A stretch of DNA of 64,000 bases. It comes from Chloropicon primus (Eukaryota). Below the pieces are notes generated by a model. That model was given only the letters and a program-made list of their open reading frames with translations. It was not told the origin of the DNA and ran no database searches. The position numbers and the translations under genes were made by a program. The stretch covers positions 1,488,001 through 1,552,000 of the forward strand of contig CP060755.1 of assembly GCA_023205875.1 (NCBI GenBank), given 5' to 3'. Of this stretch, positions 49,001-58,577 are shown one piece after another. Positions within the stretch are counted from its first letter, which is position 1, and the number at the start of each line of letters is the position of its first letter.

Positions 49001-49383
49001 GAATCAAGCGAGGACGCGTCGCCCTTCTTCTTGTGCCACCCCAGGTCGCTCGCTCTGCCGCTCTTTCCCTCGCCCCAATACGAATCGCTCCCCGGGGCGG
49101 AGGGGAACATGATATCGGAGGGCAGCGGAAGCCCCCCGGAACTCGACTTCCTCCCATCGCCGGAGCCCCACTGCGAGGAAAGGCTCCGACTCGTGGAAAG
49201 GCTCCGACTCGCGGGCCGCGAGAGGGGTTCCGTCGTGGATTCCACGTTGTCGGAGGCCAGCAGCGCGCTCTGGATGGGTCCCAGGGAGTCCGTCAGCGAC
49301 GACAAGTTCCCGCTCCTCTGCGGCGCCAGCGACAGCCACTGCGGAGACAGCGGCGGCGTATCCTCCGCCGACTTCCCGTCCAT
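46072..49383 (-). CDS. GYF-domain protein (GIGYF/EXA1-like)
   Basis: 'PLSPQWL' N-terminus, eIF4E-family-binding-like 'RYNKAFMYDI', GYF 'WIYKDPKGTVQGPF..QMLGWYQAKFFPLDL', 'KSLAEIQAEE', 'FTSWCKEQM..LVEFL'. Confidence 0.87.
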   Translation of the reverse strand: MDGKSAEDTPPLSPQWLSLAPQRSGNLSSLTDSLGPIQSALLASDNVESTTEPLSRPASRSLSTSRSLSSQWGSGDGRKSSSGGLPLPSDIMFPSAPGSDSYWGEGKSGRASDLGWHKKKGDASSLDSANTSGGLYSPLGSGRTASLGGRPSSKPRDISRGWGYDGRSGGGRRDSQHEHSNRSSFSGSYGASQEGYENFKPSSSIDKKYLSSSGDRKSERWDRWNNSGGGDGSWRSKGGQMGFSMFSSSRGGGGGDRHDASSGQHFGSRGRSSSYGRGKGDGDLGRRGRTGSAGANTVLVDFNYPAQHRYNKAFMYDILNDMLGAYTFLPPPEGVDLEDVGHCEAPQETPEEEEDVPEWAKDDSEVPQAGSGAVDFSSLGRFELNPDELWKDISVDDKPRGGEERKSLLQGLGFGKSVSPPAQPTAQPIGQPIAPEVSQVQPQVQPQVQPQVQPQATTAQAAHGNPMMEQWIYKDPKGTVQGPFNTSQMLGWYQAKFFPLDLPVAPANVPDAMFQPLSFWLAKWGAQLKPSPVQPTVMGGPQVGSFNEHTFQSPKEAMYDGMPRDQQYAHGLVQPIHSSQGMGLQPEMTMQGQMANPNMMYKQQGMPGPQMPFTEPQNMPMPGMVGGQPIPMESQENQQSVYNQFQNMVAPQDQGMPPMPPMPAMPTGVASLEQIEARMRDEPKIADPAEQMAHEPAQEPLPEPPQKFWGDLPESNVSMADIMNEETEKAKEAMKLVKTRVVHHAEIPMEPQADIISAGKSNWAEQPSHGPVKPKSLAEIQAEEEKLRALNKVGRSDQHVSDNSWAAKLGGNNAYPSPSISPSAVDNSGVHHCEADSNDGFEAVTTRKNKKKSGQQVTAIQRDVRFAPSPNAPNLNQIQAEETERRKLASGVSRQVVDSSADDDMFWEMSSEPQQQRSNVPLGNPWGSSNKHSAPTTMANTTSSASFPSLSNQLDSSSKGRSTSKKNNASNKVAFNPSNSKPMSDGFTSWCKEQMRQLNGSDDMTLVEFLMSLHSEKEIREYVEFYLGKSAKSSKFTTEFMFRMEAETKTTLAKDGGAFENVNPSKAASGNRKKGKKKGKKLDASLLGFNTGIHLYSDSLEVE
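48020..48068 (-). repeat. 12-bp coding tandem repeat encoding (QVQP)x4 in the GYF gene
   Basis: Plus strand GGCTGGACTTGG-like units repeated about 4 times. Confidence 0.8.
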
Positions 49384-49840
49384 TCCGTGTTCTTAGCCTT
49401 GGAAACAAAACAAAACACACAGATCTCTCCCTCTCCCTCTCTCTTTTTCTCCCTCTCTCCTTCTCCCTCTCCCTTCGCTCAAAAAAGCTCGGCCGCGCGC
49501 AGACCTCGCCTCGCCCTGCGTCTCTCCCTTCGCTTGTGCCTCTCCTCGGACCGTCCTCCCTCTCTCGTGTCCTGGAACACCTCGCTCGCTCGCTCTCGCT
49601 CCCTCGCGGCTTTCCTACTCCTTCCTTTTCCTCTCTCTTGGGGTTTCTCAGAACAAAATCGAAGCCTTCCCTAATCCTAATCGGGGTCGGGGGAGGAGAA
49701 GAGGGAAGGAGGAGAAGACGAGTGCTGTGGTTGTGCTGTGGTGGGGTGAGAAAGGTGCCAAGATGAGATTACCACAGGGGAAGACGGAAAGGACAGCATG
49801 GGGGCAAGACGCGGGGAACTTTCCAAGGACGGGAAACCGA

Positions 49841-49887
49841 AAGCCAAGATGAAGCCAAGATGAAGCCAAGATGAAGCCAAGATGAAG
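49841..49887 (+). repeat. Perfect 11-bp tandem repeat (AAGCCAAGATG)x4
   Basis: Copies start at 49841, 49852, 49863 and 49874, plus a partial copy; intergenic. Confidence 0.92.
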
Positions 49888-49967
49888 AGATGGATCGTCA
49901 TGCCATCCGTTTTTTTCTTGTTTTTATACAAAAGTAGTGTTTATACAATTATGCGTCGCGTGGGTTG

Positions 49968-50413
49968 TCACGGCACGTGGTTCTCTCCTCCTTGGCGGCT
50001 TTCTCCTCCTACGGCGTCCCCGACTTTGATGTACAGCACGTCGTCCAAGTTGACTCGGGCGACGGGAAGCTCCCCCGTTGGAGTCTTCAAGTTTTCCACG
50101 AGTATCTCGTCCAGGCTGCTCTCCACGGCCAGGAGCGTCCCTGAGGCCTTGACCCCTTCCACTGGAGGCCAAATTATTCGGGTTCGGGTGCGAGATACGA
50201 GGGCGTCAGGGGCTCTCTCCGTTACTGTTCATCGAAAAGGGGCGAGAGGGAGGAATGAAACGTTTCTTCCTTACCGCCGGGTCCGTGGAATCGCAGGCTC
50301 ACCGCAGCCTTGCTCTTGCAGCTCTCCTCCAGGATCCCGAGGAAAGTGATCCTCTGCTCGGCCACCCCTTTGCGGTCCAGGGGCTCCTCGGCAACGACGA
50401 GATCCTCAGACAT
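49968..50413 (-). CDS. Gemin7-like Sm-fold protein (exons 50413-50275, 50161-49968; upstream exons possible)
   Basis: Spliced 'AEQRITFLGILE..AVSLRFHGPG|VEGVKASGTLLAVESSLDEILVENLKTPTGELPVARVNLDDVLYI' resembles Gemin7 (V..L.TP.G....A.L...DI). Phase-1 GTAAGG..CAG intron. Confidence 0.65.
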
Positions 50414-51116
50414 CCTTCGCGGAGACTCGCTCGCACCTGCCTAAAACCAAACGGAGAGGTGGGGGATCCTCCAGGAAGCTCAGTACGGGACTCGACGATG
50501 CGAGAGCACGTCATGTGAGAGCAGCGACCGCGAGAGGGCAGCCACATCTCTGGCTGATCTCTCGAGGAGAAGCTTGCGATAAACAATCAATCAAACTCTC
50601 TTTCTGTCGCACACGCGTGTAGCTTTTTTCTCGGAAGCTTGCCCGAAGCAGTGTCACTGTGGTCGACAAGGGGGCGGCATGGTTGTGCTCGTGATGGAAT
50701 CGTGGATCTCGGCAACGTCATCTTCAGTGCGGCGCGGGACGACTCACCTTCTTCAGCTCTTTGTCCTTCCCCGGCGAAAGCAGGCACTGGCCCCCTGCGT
50801 GCGAATCGCGAGTGGCGTGGCGCGGTCCCGTGCGTTTTCAAGCGCCAGTCGACCTTCCCTTCCATCACCCTGCTCCCCTCCCCCCTCTCCTCCTTCGCCA
50901 GCCCCGACTCCCTTGGCCAAGACAGAGACAGAGACAGACAGAGAGAGAGAGAGACTCCAGGGCGCTGGCTTGATGCCTGACTGGAGGCTGCTTCATCCAC
51001 TTTTTTGGAGGCGGCCGGCTGAGGGAGAGGAGAGGAGAGAGTTTCCGCGCTACGGACAGCGCAGGCGTGACGAGGGGAGAGGGAGTAGCGAGACGGAGAG
51101 GGGTAGTGGCGTATCT

Positions 51117-52367
51117 ATGAACTTGGAGAGCTCCGAGAAGGGTCGTGGTGCTGACTTGCGTGCGAGGATACACCTGCCGAAATGCTTCGTCGTGGCGAAG
51201 AGGGAAGGAAACGACGCTGCGTTCAGGAAGAGTAGGTGGGGTGAGAAGAGGAAGGAGGGAGGGAGGAAGGGAGGAAGGCCCCTGATTTTGAGCCCGGGGA
51301 GACTGCTGGCGTCGATATCGAGCGCCGCCGGGCTGAAGCAGGGCGTGGTTGCGACGGACGGGAAAGACGTTAAGGTTGCCAGGAAGAGGGCGAACAGGAA
51401 CAGCAGGAACAGGAAGATGGTGGCCAATTCGACAGACGAGAGCAAGTCCGGGAGGAACAAAACGTTGGCCCTAGTGGCGCAGATTCCTAAGCCGGCCTAC
51501 TTCTTCGCCGCCGGCGCGATTGCGGGAGCGATCGGCAAGACTGTGACAGCTCCCTTGGACCGGGTGAAGGTCCTCCTGCAGGTCAAGGGGGGCTACTCCG
51601 GATCCCTCGTGACCCAGGCCGCGAACAACGGAGGGTTCTTCCCCGCGATGAAGGCGATCTTCAAGGAGGAGGGCCTCAGGAGCTTCTGGAAGGGCAACGT
51701 GCCCCAGGTCCTGAGGGTCCTCCCGTACAGCGCGCTGAACCTGTACGGTTACGAGAAGTTCAAGGAGGCGCTCAACTGCCACGAGGGGGACAAGTGGCAG
51801 GTCCCGAAGAGGCTCGCGGCCGGCGCGGCGGCGGGCATGCTCGCCACCGTTGTAACGTACCCCCTGGACACCGTGAGGCTGCGCATGGCCGTGGACAGCT
51901 CCATCAAGTCCATGCCTCAAGCCATGAGACTCCTCAGCAAGGAGGGCGGGATGCTCGCGTACTACCGAGGCGTGGGACCCGCGATGTTCGGGGTCGCGCC
52001 GTACATGGCCCTGGAGCTCGCGAGCTTCGACTTCCTCAAGAAGGTCCTCGCGACGGACGATCTGAAGAGCAACCCGATGGTCTCCTTCGTCAGCGGCTTC
52101 ACCGCGGCGCTCATGTCGTCCTCGGTGACGTACCCACTGGACACGGTGAGGAGGCAGATCCAGCTGCAAGGAGGAAGCATGCTCACGCTGCCGACCATGT
52201 TCAAGGGCATCATGGTGAACGAGGGGATGCAGGGGCTGTACAGGGGGTTCGTCCCCTCGTGCTTGAAGAACTTGCCCAACAAAGGAATCAGGCTGGCAAC
52301 CTTTGACGCCGCGAAGACTGTCATGGCCATGGCAGAGGCCCAGGAGGACGCGGAGAAGGAGAAGTGA
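51117..52367 (+). CDS. Plastid ADP/ATP carrier (TAAC/EAAC-like), mitochondrial carrier family
   Basis: 'TAPLDRVKVLLQ', 'FWKGNVPQVLRVLPYSA', 'YPLDTVRLRM', 'YPLDTVRRQIQ', 'KNLPNKGIRL'; long basic N-extension. Start uncertain. Confidence 0.87.
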   Translation: MNLESSEKGRGADLRARIHLPKCFVVAKREGNDAAFRKSRWGEKRKEGGRKGGRPLILSPGRLLASISSAAGLKQGVVATDGKDVKVARKRANRNSRNRKMVANSTDESKSGRNKTLALVAQIPKPAYFFAAGAIAGAIGKTVTAPLDRVKVLLQVKGGYSGSLVTQAANNGGFFPAMKAIFKEEGLRSFWKGNVPQVLRVLPYSALNLYGYEKFKEALNCHEGDKWQVPKRLAAGAAAGMLATVVTYPLDTVRLRMAVDSSIKSMPQAMRLLSKEGGMLAYYRGVGPAMFGVAPYMALELASFDFLKKVLATDDLKSNPMVSFVSGFTAALMSSSVTYPLDTVRRQIQLQGGSMLTLPTMFKGIMVNEGMQGLYRGFVPSCLKNLPNKGIRLATFDAAKTVMAMAEAQEDAEKEK

Positions 52368-52601
52368 TGTGAGAATCCAGGAAAGGGGAAGAGAGCAAAG
52401 ATTGTTTTGATTTTTTTAAATATTAATCCTTCTTGTACATTCATTCAAAAAGTATACAACACGATCGATCGAAAAAAAATGACGACGAAAAAGCCTCTCC
52501 CTCTCCCACTCCACTACACACCCTCACACCCTCAGCCCCAATTTTATTTTGATCGATCTCCTCCTAGCAGGCAAGGGTTTGTTTTCCAGAAAGAGGGAAA
52601 C

Positions 52602-53260
52602 ATGGCGACGACCGTGAGACAGGCGGCTAGGAGCATCGGGGGGCTCGCGAGGGCGTCCCTGAGAAATGCCCAGGACAAGACCAAGTTCGGCGTGAGGAAC
52701 ATGTCCGGCGGCTCGTACGAGGAGGAGCTCGGTGAGTTGCGAAGAACGGACGAGAATTGAGAAGCTGGAGAAGAAGAGAGAGAATTGGGGGAGAAAGAAA
52801 ACGGAGGGGAGGGGGTCAACCTGCCCGTGGAGGGGGAAGGGGGGGGTTGAAACTCGGTCGAACGCGCGAGGGACGCTCGAATTGTTCCGCTTTGCTGACA
52901 CTTGCTCTCCCCCTTCTTTTTTTATTTGCGTTCGCCTCGGTTCTTTTCCTCCGTCAACAGCAAACACGAACATGTGGAGAAACGTGACCTTCGTCGGGCT
53001 TCCAATCGTTGGAGGTTTGACCGTGTACATCTTCTCCCAGGCGCACCACCACGGGCACGAGCAGCCAGCCTACTCGTACCTTCAGATCAGGAACAAGGAC
53101 TTCCCATGGGGTAAGTGAAGCCGCCTTTTTCTCTTCTTTCTTGGAAACGGACACGGACTGACACGGCTTTGCTTGTTCGCTTGAATTGAACGCGGAACGC
53201 CCAGGCACCGGCAAGGAGAACTTGTTCGACATGCTGTCCGGAAAGGCCGCAAAGGAATAA
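52602..53260 (+). CDS. COX6A: Cytochrome c oxidase subunit VIa (3 exons)
   Basis: Presequence, then 'WRNVTFVGL..' TM, 'HHHGHEQPAYSYLQIRNKDFPW|GTGKENLF'. Introns ~52732-52960 and ~53111-53204. Confidence 0.9.
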
Positions 53261-53364
53261 AGCGCAGGATTTGGCAATAAGATTCTTACAGTTTACTGTT
53301 TTGACAAGACCCCCTTCGCTCGAAATCGCTTTTTTGGGACAACCACCTCGGTTTGCGTGTGGAG

Positions 53365-54553
53365 TCAGGCAACCTTTGCCATGACGCTGTTGTTGGAAGT
53401 CAAGCAGTCCTTGTAGGAGACGGGAAAATTCGCAGCGCTCGGCGCCGCGCCGTCTTTCTCGGCCTGAGAACCAGCTTCTCCCGCGTATCGAAGTCGCCTC
53501 TTCATGGCCTTTCTGCGTTTCTGCGAGAGCGAAGAAGAGCACACGGAAGGAGAAAAGCGTCAGCAGGCCACGCCAGTCGTGCCCTGTTTCCCCGCCGGGA
53601 CCCGCGAAGAACTCACCTGGGCTTCCTTCTCGTCCTCGAAAATGGTGTCCCACTGCTCCTTTGTGACCTGCGCCTTGAGCAGGTTCAGGAAGACGCCCCC
53701 TTTGGTCCTCCTTCGAGTGCCATCCGCAACGAACTGGCCCCCCTCCTCCTCCACTCTCTCGACCTGGTCCACCAATTCCATGATGAAAATCTTGCCCACC
53801 TGCTCCATAACCTTCCTCATCAGGTGCTGCTTGGGCTCGTTGAGCTTCTGGCAAACCTCCTTGATGAACCTTGATTGAGCATGAGGGACGGCGAGACGAA
53901 GCCGTTGCGTTAGTCCGCGAGGACGGAAAGGGTGGGAGCTTGCGACTTTCTTACCTTCCGGTGGACCTGTTCTCGTTGTGTCTTGGCGAAAAGACGCGGT
54001 GAGTCTTGTGCGGAGGCGACACGATGGCTCTCGGGGAGTAAGCCCTCTTGGAGTAAGGCCTAGCCTTGGCCGTGGTCCTCTTGGGCGAGGTGAAAAAGTC
54101 CTCCAAGGTCGAGTTCTGCCTCCTGGACCCCTTCTTCTCGCCAACGCTCGCGTCGAGCTCCGCGTTCATCCTCTCCTCGAGGCTCAGGCCAGCGGCGGTG
54201 CCACCGCTCTCGTCCTTCTCCGTCGTCCTCTCCCCCCCCTGCTTCTCTGGAGTCTTGAGGTACTGCCAGTCCCCGCAGACTTCCTCCGTGGCGCCCGCGT
54301 CGTCGCTACGAGCCACAACAACGTGAGCGCGTCAGTGCGTGAGGAAAAAAACAAAGAACGAGACGATCGAAAGGCGTGCGGGCGTCCTCCGACAACAACC
54401 CGCAGCCCCTCAAAAAACCGAGAGCCAACAGCTCTCGGTGCGTCGCGTGCGTCGACGTTCTCCTCACCTCAAGTCGTTCAAGACCTCGACGTCGTCCAAA
54501 GCCGTCGTCGCCTCGGCCTCCTCCTTGGCGCCTTTCCCTTGTTCGAACAACAT
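53365..54553 (-). CDS. PHAX: PHAX (phosphorylated adaptor for RNA export) RNA-binding-domain protein (exons 54553-54468, 54305-53955, 53869-53617, 53520-53365)
   Basis: 'CQKLNEPKQHLMRKVMEQVG', 'VEEEGGQFVADGTRRRTKGGVFLNLLK' is the PHAX RBD signature; four-exon model keeps the frame. Confidence 0.82.
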
Positions 54554-54906
54554 CCGGTTCCCCCCTACTCTAATTCTCACTCCAGTGCTTCTCTCCCGCC
54601 GTCCCTCGAGCGCACAGCTCGGCCAAACCTCCCCCAACGCGTGTCGCGTCTTGCGTGCGTGCCGTTCGTGCGGCCACTCTTTCCAACAAACAAAAACAAA
54701 CCTCTTCCCCCGTGCGTGGGTTCACGGTCGCGCGCGATCCGACTCCTCTCTCTCTCGCCTGTCTGTCCTCGCCCACCAAAAAAAACAATAATTTCATTTC
54801 ATAAAAAATTGGCGCGAATTGCCTTGCCTCCTCTCGATTATCGATGTATGGGAATGGGAGGAGGGGCGTTACGATGGGCCCAATAGGGCCAGTCAGCCAG
54901 ACGACA

Positions 54907-57036
54907 ATGGCGACCGCGACCGCGACGACGACGACGATGATCCTCGGCCTCCTGCTTTGGCTGGGGCTGGCGGGCTTGGCGCACTCGTCGGGGGATAGGT
55001 TCCACGTGGAGACGCACGCGATTCGCGTGAGCGAGCCCAGGGACCTGCAGGGGGACTACGAGGCCGCGATGGGGGACTTTGGCGTCCCCCTGTACGGCGG
55101 GACGCTCACGGGGCGGGTGCACGCGCCGCGGTCCAACCGGAGGGGCTGCGAGAAGTTCGGGGGGAGAGACTTCGAGGGGTCGGAGTGGACGAGCAGGACC
55201 ACGCCGACGATTGCGCTGATCGATCGCGGGGACTGCTTCTTCGTGCAGAAGGCCTACCACGCGCAGCAGGCCGGCGCCGATGCCGTGCTGATCGCGGACA
55301 ACGAAATAGAGCCCCTCGTCACAATGACGACGCCGCAGGACGACCCCGAGGCGCAGGGCCTGATCAAGGAGATCGCCGTGCCGACCGCCCTGATCAGCAA
55401 GAAGCTCGCGGACCGGATCAAGCGCGTGCTCGAGGCCGGGGACGAGGTCGTGATGGAGCTGAGCTGGGAGGAGAGCATGGCCCACCCGGACGAAAGGGTG
55501 GAGTGGGAGTTCTGGACGACGAGCAACGACGCCTGCGGGGCCTCCTGCGAGGAGCAGCTGGCCTTCAAGGAAGGCATGGCGGAGCTCGCCGCGGAGCTCG
55601 AGACGATGGGGTTCACCGAGTTCACCCCCCACTACAAGATGAGGAGCTGCGAGAAGGCCTCCCTGTACGACAAGGGGGACTGCGAGAGCAGGTGCCTCAA
55701 CGGTGGCCGCTACTGCCCGGTCGAGCATATTCCCTTTCCCTACAACGAGACGTACTCCGACAGGGAAGTCGCGCTCGAGAACTTGCGTCAAATGTGTGTC
55801 TTTGACTACCTCAGGAGAACGGGCCAGAGGCAGCAGTGGTGGTCTTACGTCAAAGAGCACGGCCGCAAGTGCCGGATCACGGAGGGCACTTTTGGCGAGG
55901 CGTGCTCTCGAGGCGTGCAGAGGGGACTGGGCCTACGAGACGCCCCCGACTTCATGAGGGACGTCGAGGAATGCATGTCCGGCAGCCTGAGCTCCGACGA
56001 GGTCCACCCGCTCCTGGAGAGGGAGAGGGAGCACGAGGAGAGAATGTTTCGCGAGGGCCACGGGAGGATCACTTTCCTGCCCACCGTCATCATCAACCAG
56101 ATTCAGTACCGGGGCAGGCTAGAGAAGGCCTCGGTGCTCCGCGGGATTTGTGCGGGATTCAAGGAGGCCACCGAGCCGGGAGTTTGCCTGCAGGACGCCA
56201 TGCAAGTCAACGAGTGTGCCAGTGGGCACGGGTGCTGGGTGAACCCCGACGCCTCCCTGGGGGGCGAGCACTCCGCCACCTGCTTGGACACTTTCAGAGG
56301 TCACATGTGCATGTGCCCCAGGGGGTACCTCGGCGATGGCTACGACTGCGAGGAGATGAACGAGTGCTCGCTAGGCATCGCCGACTGCGATCAGAAGTGC
56401 GTGAACACTCCAGGCTCGTACACTTGCGAGTGCAGCGAGGGCTTCGAGAAGATCGGTCGATCGCAGTGCATTCTCAAGGACGGTTGCGCTTTAAACAATG
56501 GCGGTTGCGAACAGAACTGCAGGTTTAGCGTCGGCGGACCTCAGTGCACGTGCGATCCTGGGTTTGAGCTCAGACAGGACGGGAAGACGTGCGCTGACAT
56601 CGACGAGTGCGGCGCCGGGAACCACGCGTGCGAGCACAAATGCATCAATGTCAATCCGAGTCATTCTGGTGGCCTGTTTTACGTGTGCGCTTGCTCGGAC
56701 GGCTACAGCCTCGACCTTTCTGACCCTCTCCTGAGGCGCTGCATCAAGACTGAGGAGGTTTTCGAGGCCTTGGGCGACGTGGGCCACAGCCCAACTTATT
56801 CCGTCCTGGAGATCGTGCTGATCGTCTCCATTTCCGTGCTCCTCGTCTTCGCCCTCGGGGCTGTGTACTACAAGTGCTTCCACAAGAAGCGCATGGACAG
56901 GGAAATCCGAAGTATTCTGGAACAGTACGTGCCGCTGGACGACAAGCCGGAGGCCGGGAGGGGGACCAAGAGTGCGGGCGCCCCGGGTGGAAGCCAAATT
57001 TCAACAGCCGTGCCGTCGCCTCCAGCCGTTTCGTAG
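54907..57036 (+). CDS. VSR: Vacuolar sorting receptor (BP-80/VSR)
   Basis: Signal peptide, 'GDFGVPLYGG', PA domain 'LIDRGDCFF', 'HPDERVEWEFWTTSNDACG', EGF repeats, TM, 'MDREIRSILEQYVPLD' tail. Confidence 0.93.
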   Translation: MATATATTTTMILGLLLWLGLAGLAHSSGDRFHVETHAIRVSEPRDLQGDYEAAMGDFGVPLYGGTLTGRVHAPRSNRRGCEKFGGRDFEGSEWTSRTTPTIALIDRGDCFFVQKAYHAQQAGADAVLIADNEIEPLVTMTTPQDDPEAQGLIKEIAVPTALISKKLADRIKRVLEAGDEVVMELSWEESMAHPDERVEWEFWTTSNDACGASCEEQLAFKEGMAELAAELETMGFTEFTPHYKMRSCEKASLYDKGDCESRCLNGGRYCPVEHIPFPYNETYSDREVALENLRQMCVFDYLRRTGQRQQWWSYVKEHGRKCRITEGTFGEACSRGVQRGLGLRDAPDFMRDVEECMSGSLSSDEVHPLLEREREHEERMFREGHGRITFLPTVIINQIQYRGRLEKASVLRGICAGFKEATEPGVCLQDAMQVNECASGHGCWVNPDASLGGEHSATCLDTFRGHMCMCPRGYLGDGYDCEEMNECSLGIADCDQKCVNTPGSYTCECSEGFEKIGRSQCILKDGCALNNGGCEQNCRFSVGGPQCTCDPGFELRQDGKTCADIDECGAGNHACEHKCINVNPSHSGGLFYVCACSDGYSLDLSDPLLRRCIKTEEVFEALGDVGHSPTYSVLEIVLIVSISVLLVFALGAVYYKCFHKKRMDREIRSILEQYVPLDDKPEAGRGTKSAGAPGGSQISTAVPSPPAVS

Positions 57037-57115
57037 GGTCAATCGATTCAGCATAAAACTTTCACTTCTAAATTTGCTTTAAGAACTCTTTTTTTCGCCT
57101 CTCTCTCTTATACTC

Positions 57116-58462
57116 CTAGATGCTGCCTTCGATTGCGCCTTCGATTGCGTCCGCGCTGTAAGCGCCAGGGCTCCCCGGCACAAACGTCTCTCCCGTGATA
57201 GTCTCGAACAGGGAGATGTACCTGCGAGACAGCTCCATGATCAGGGACTCGGGAGCTTCGGGCAGCTCCGGATCGTTGTAGGGGTCGCAGTGATCCTTGA
57301 ACCACAGGCGGAGAAACTCCTTGTCGATGTTCTCAGGCTCCTTCCCTTGGGCGTGGCGCCTCTCGTACGTCTCCGCGATCCAGTACCGGCTCGAGTCTGG
57401 CGTGTGAATCTTTTGGGGCAAGAGAAAGAGAGTCAGAACACATGCGCGGGCGCCTCAGGAGGAAGAGAGAGAGAGAGAGAGGTCCGGTCGCTTACCTCGT
57501 CAATGAGAAGGATCTTCCCTTGGTCATCCATACCAAACTCGTACTTTGTGTCCACGAGCAACAACCCGTTGCGCAGTGCAACTTCCTGACCGAAGTTGAA
57601 GAGGGCCAGCGCTTTGGCGCTGGCCTTGTCCCACTCCTCCTGAGTCATCAGCCCCTGGGCGACGATCTCCTCGGGGGTGATGGGCACGTCCCCCACCTCA
57701 GACTTGGTGGTCGGAGTGACGATGTTTTTCTCGAGCTTGTCGTTCTTCACGAGACCGTCCGGGAGGTCATTGCCACAGTAAGACCGAGATCCCTTACTGT
57801 AGTTCGTCCATATTGACGTCCCCGTCGACCCGGTCAGGTAGCCCCTCACCACGAACTCCACGGGGAAGACCTTGCACTTCTTCATGACGGCAACGTTGGG
57901 GTGCGGTGCGGACAGCAGCGCATTCTCGACCATTTCCCGCGTCTGGTTCAGCCACCACACGCTCGTCTGGTTCACGACTTGGCCCTTGAAAGGCACGGAC
58001 GCCAAGTGGCGGTCGAAACCGCTCTGCCTGTCCGTCGTTATCGAAACCACCTTGTCCTCGAGCTCGTACAGGTCTCTCACCTTGCCCTGTCAGTCAGATC
58101 AAACACGGCAGCAACACGTTTTTGTCAGTCCCCGAAAAGTCTCCGAAAGTCAACAAGCGCCCGAGCGCGTCGCGCGGCCCGGACAAGGGGGTCGCGCGGC
58201 GAGATATCCTTACCGCTCGCTTTATTCCAAAACTCAAGTCCGTGTCGGACAGGCAGTTGCCGAGCATGTCCCGGATGCTCCTCTCGGTCTCCTCGCTTTT
58301 CACGAAGGAGGACTCGTCGCCTGCAACGGCCCGCAAGACGGGCGTCGGAAACCGCCGTTCCGCCATCGACCGCCCCGCCGCGGGCCTCCCGCGAGGTCCC
58401 CAGGACCCGCACGGGGCCGCCTTCCCCTTCGCACCCTTCGCACTCGCGCTCCTTCGCTCCAT
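57116..58462 (-). CDS. purC: SAICAR synthetase (exons 58462-58214, 58086-57496, 57409-57116)
   Basis: 'GKVRDLYE', 'TTDRQSGFD', 'VPFKGQV', 'PVEFVVRGY', 'TPTTK', 'LVDTKYEFG', 'DE|IHTPDSSRYW', 'DKEFLRLW'; transit-like N-terminus. Confidence 0.95.
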
Positions 58463-58577
58463 TGGCGGCAAACACGTGCGCGGCTGATCTGCCTCTCCTG
58501 GCTAAGGACCAAGATGGTGGAGGGAGGGAGAAGAAACTGATGCAATCGATTCTTTTTATTTTGGTTTTGGTTTTGGT

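Noticed and set aside
49841..49887. (AAGCCAAGATG)x4 as a CRISPR-like array
   Set aside because: Head-to-tail 11-mers with no spacers and no cas genes; a simple minisatellite.
50587..51000. Possible extra minus-strand gene or upstream coding exons of the Gemin7-like gene
   Set aside because: Splice-like signals exist (GTGAGT near 50747), but I could not build a consistent coding model; may be 5' UTR exons.
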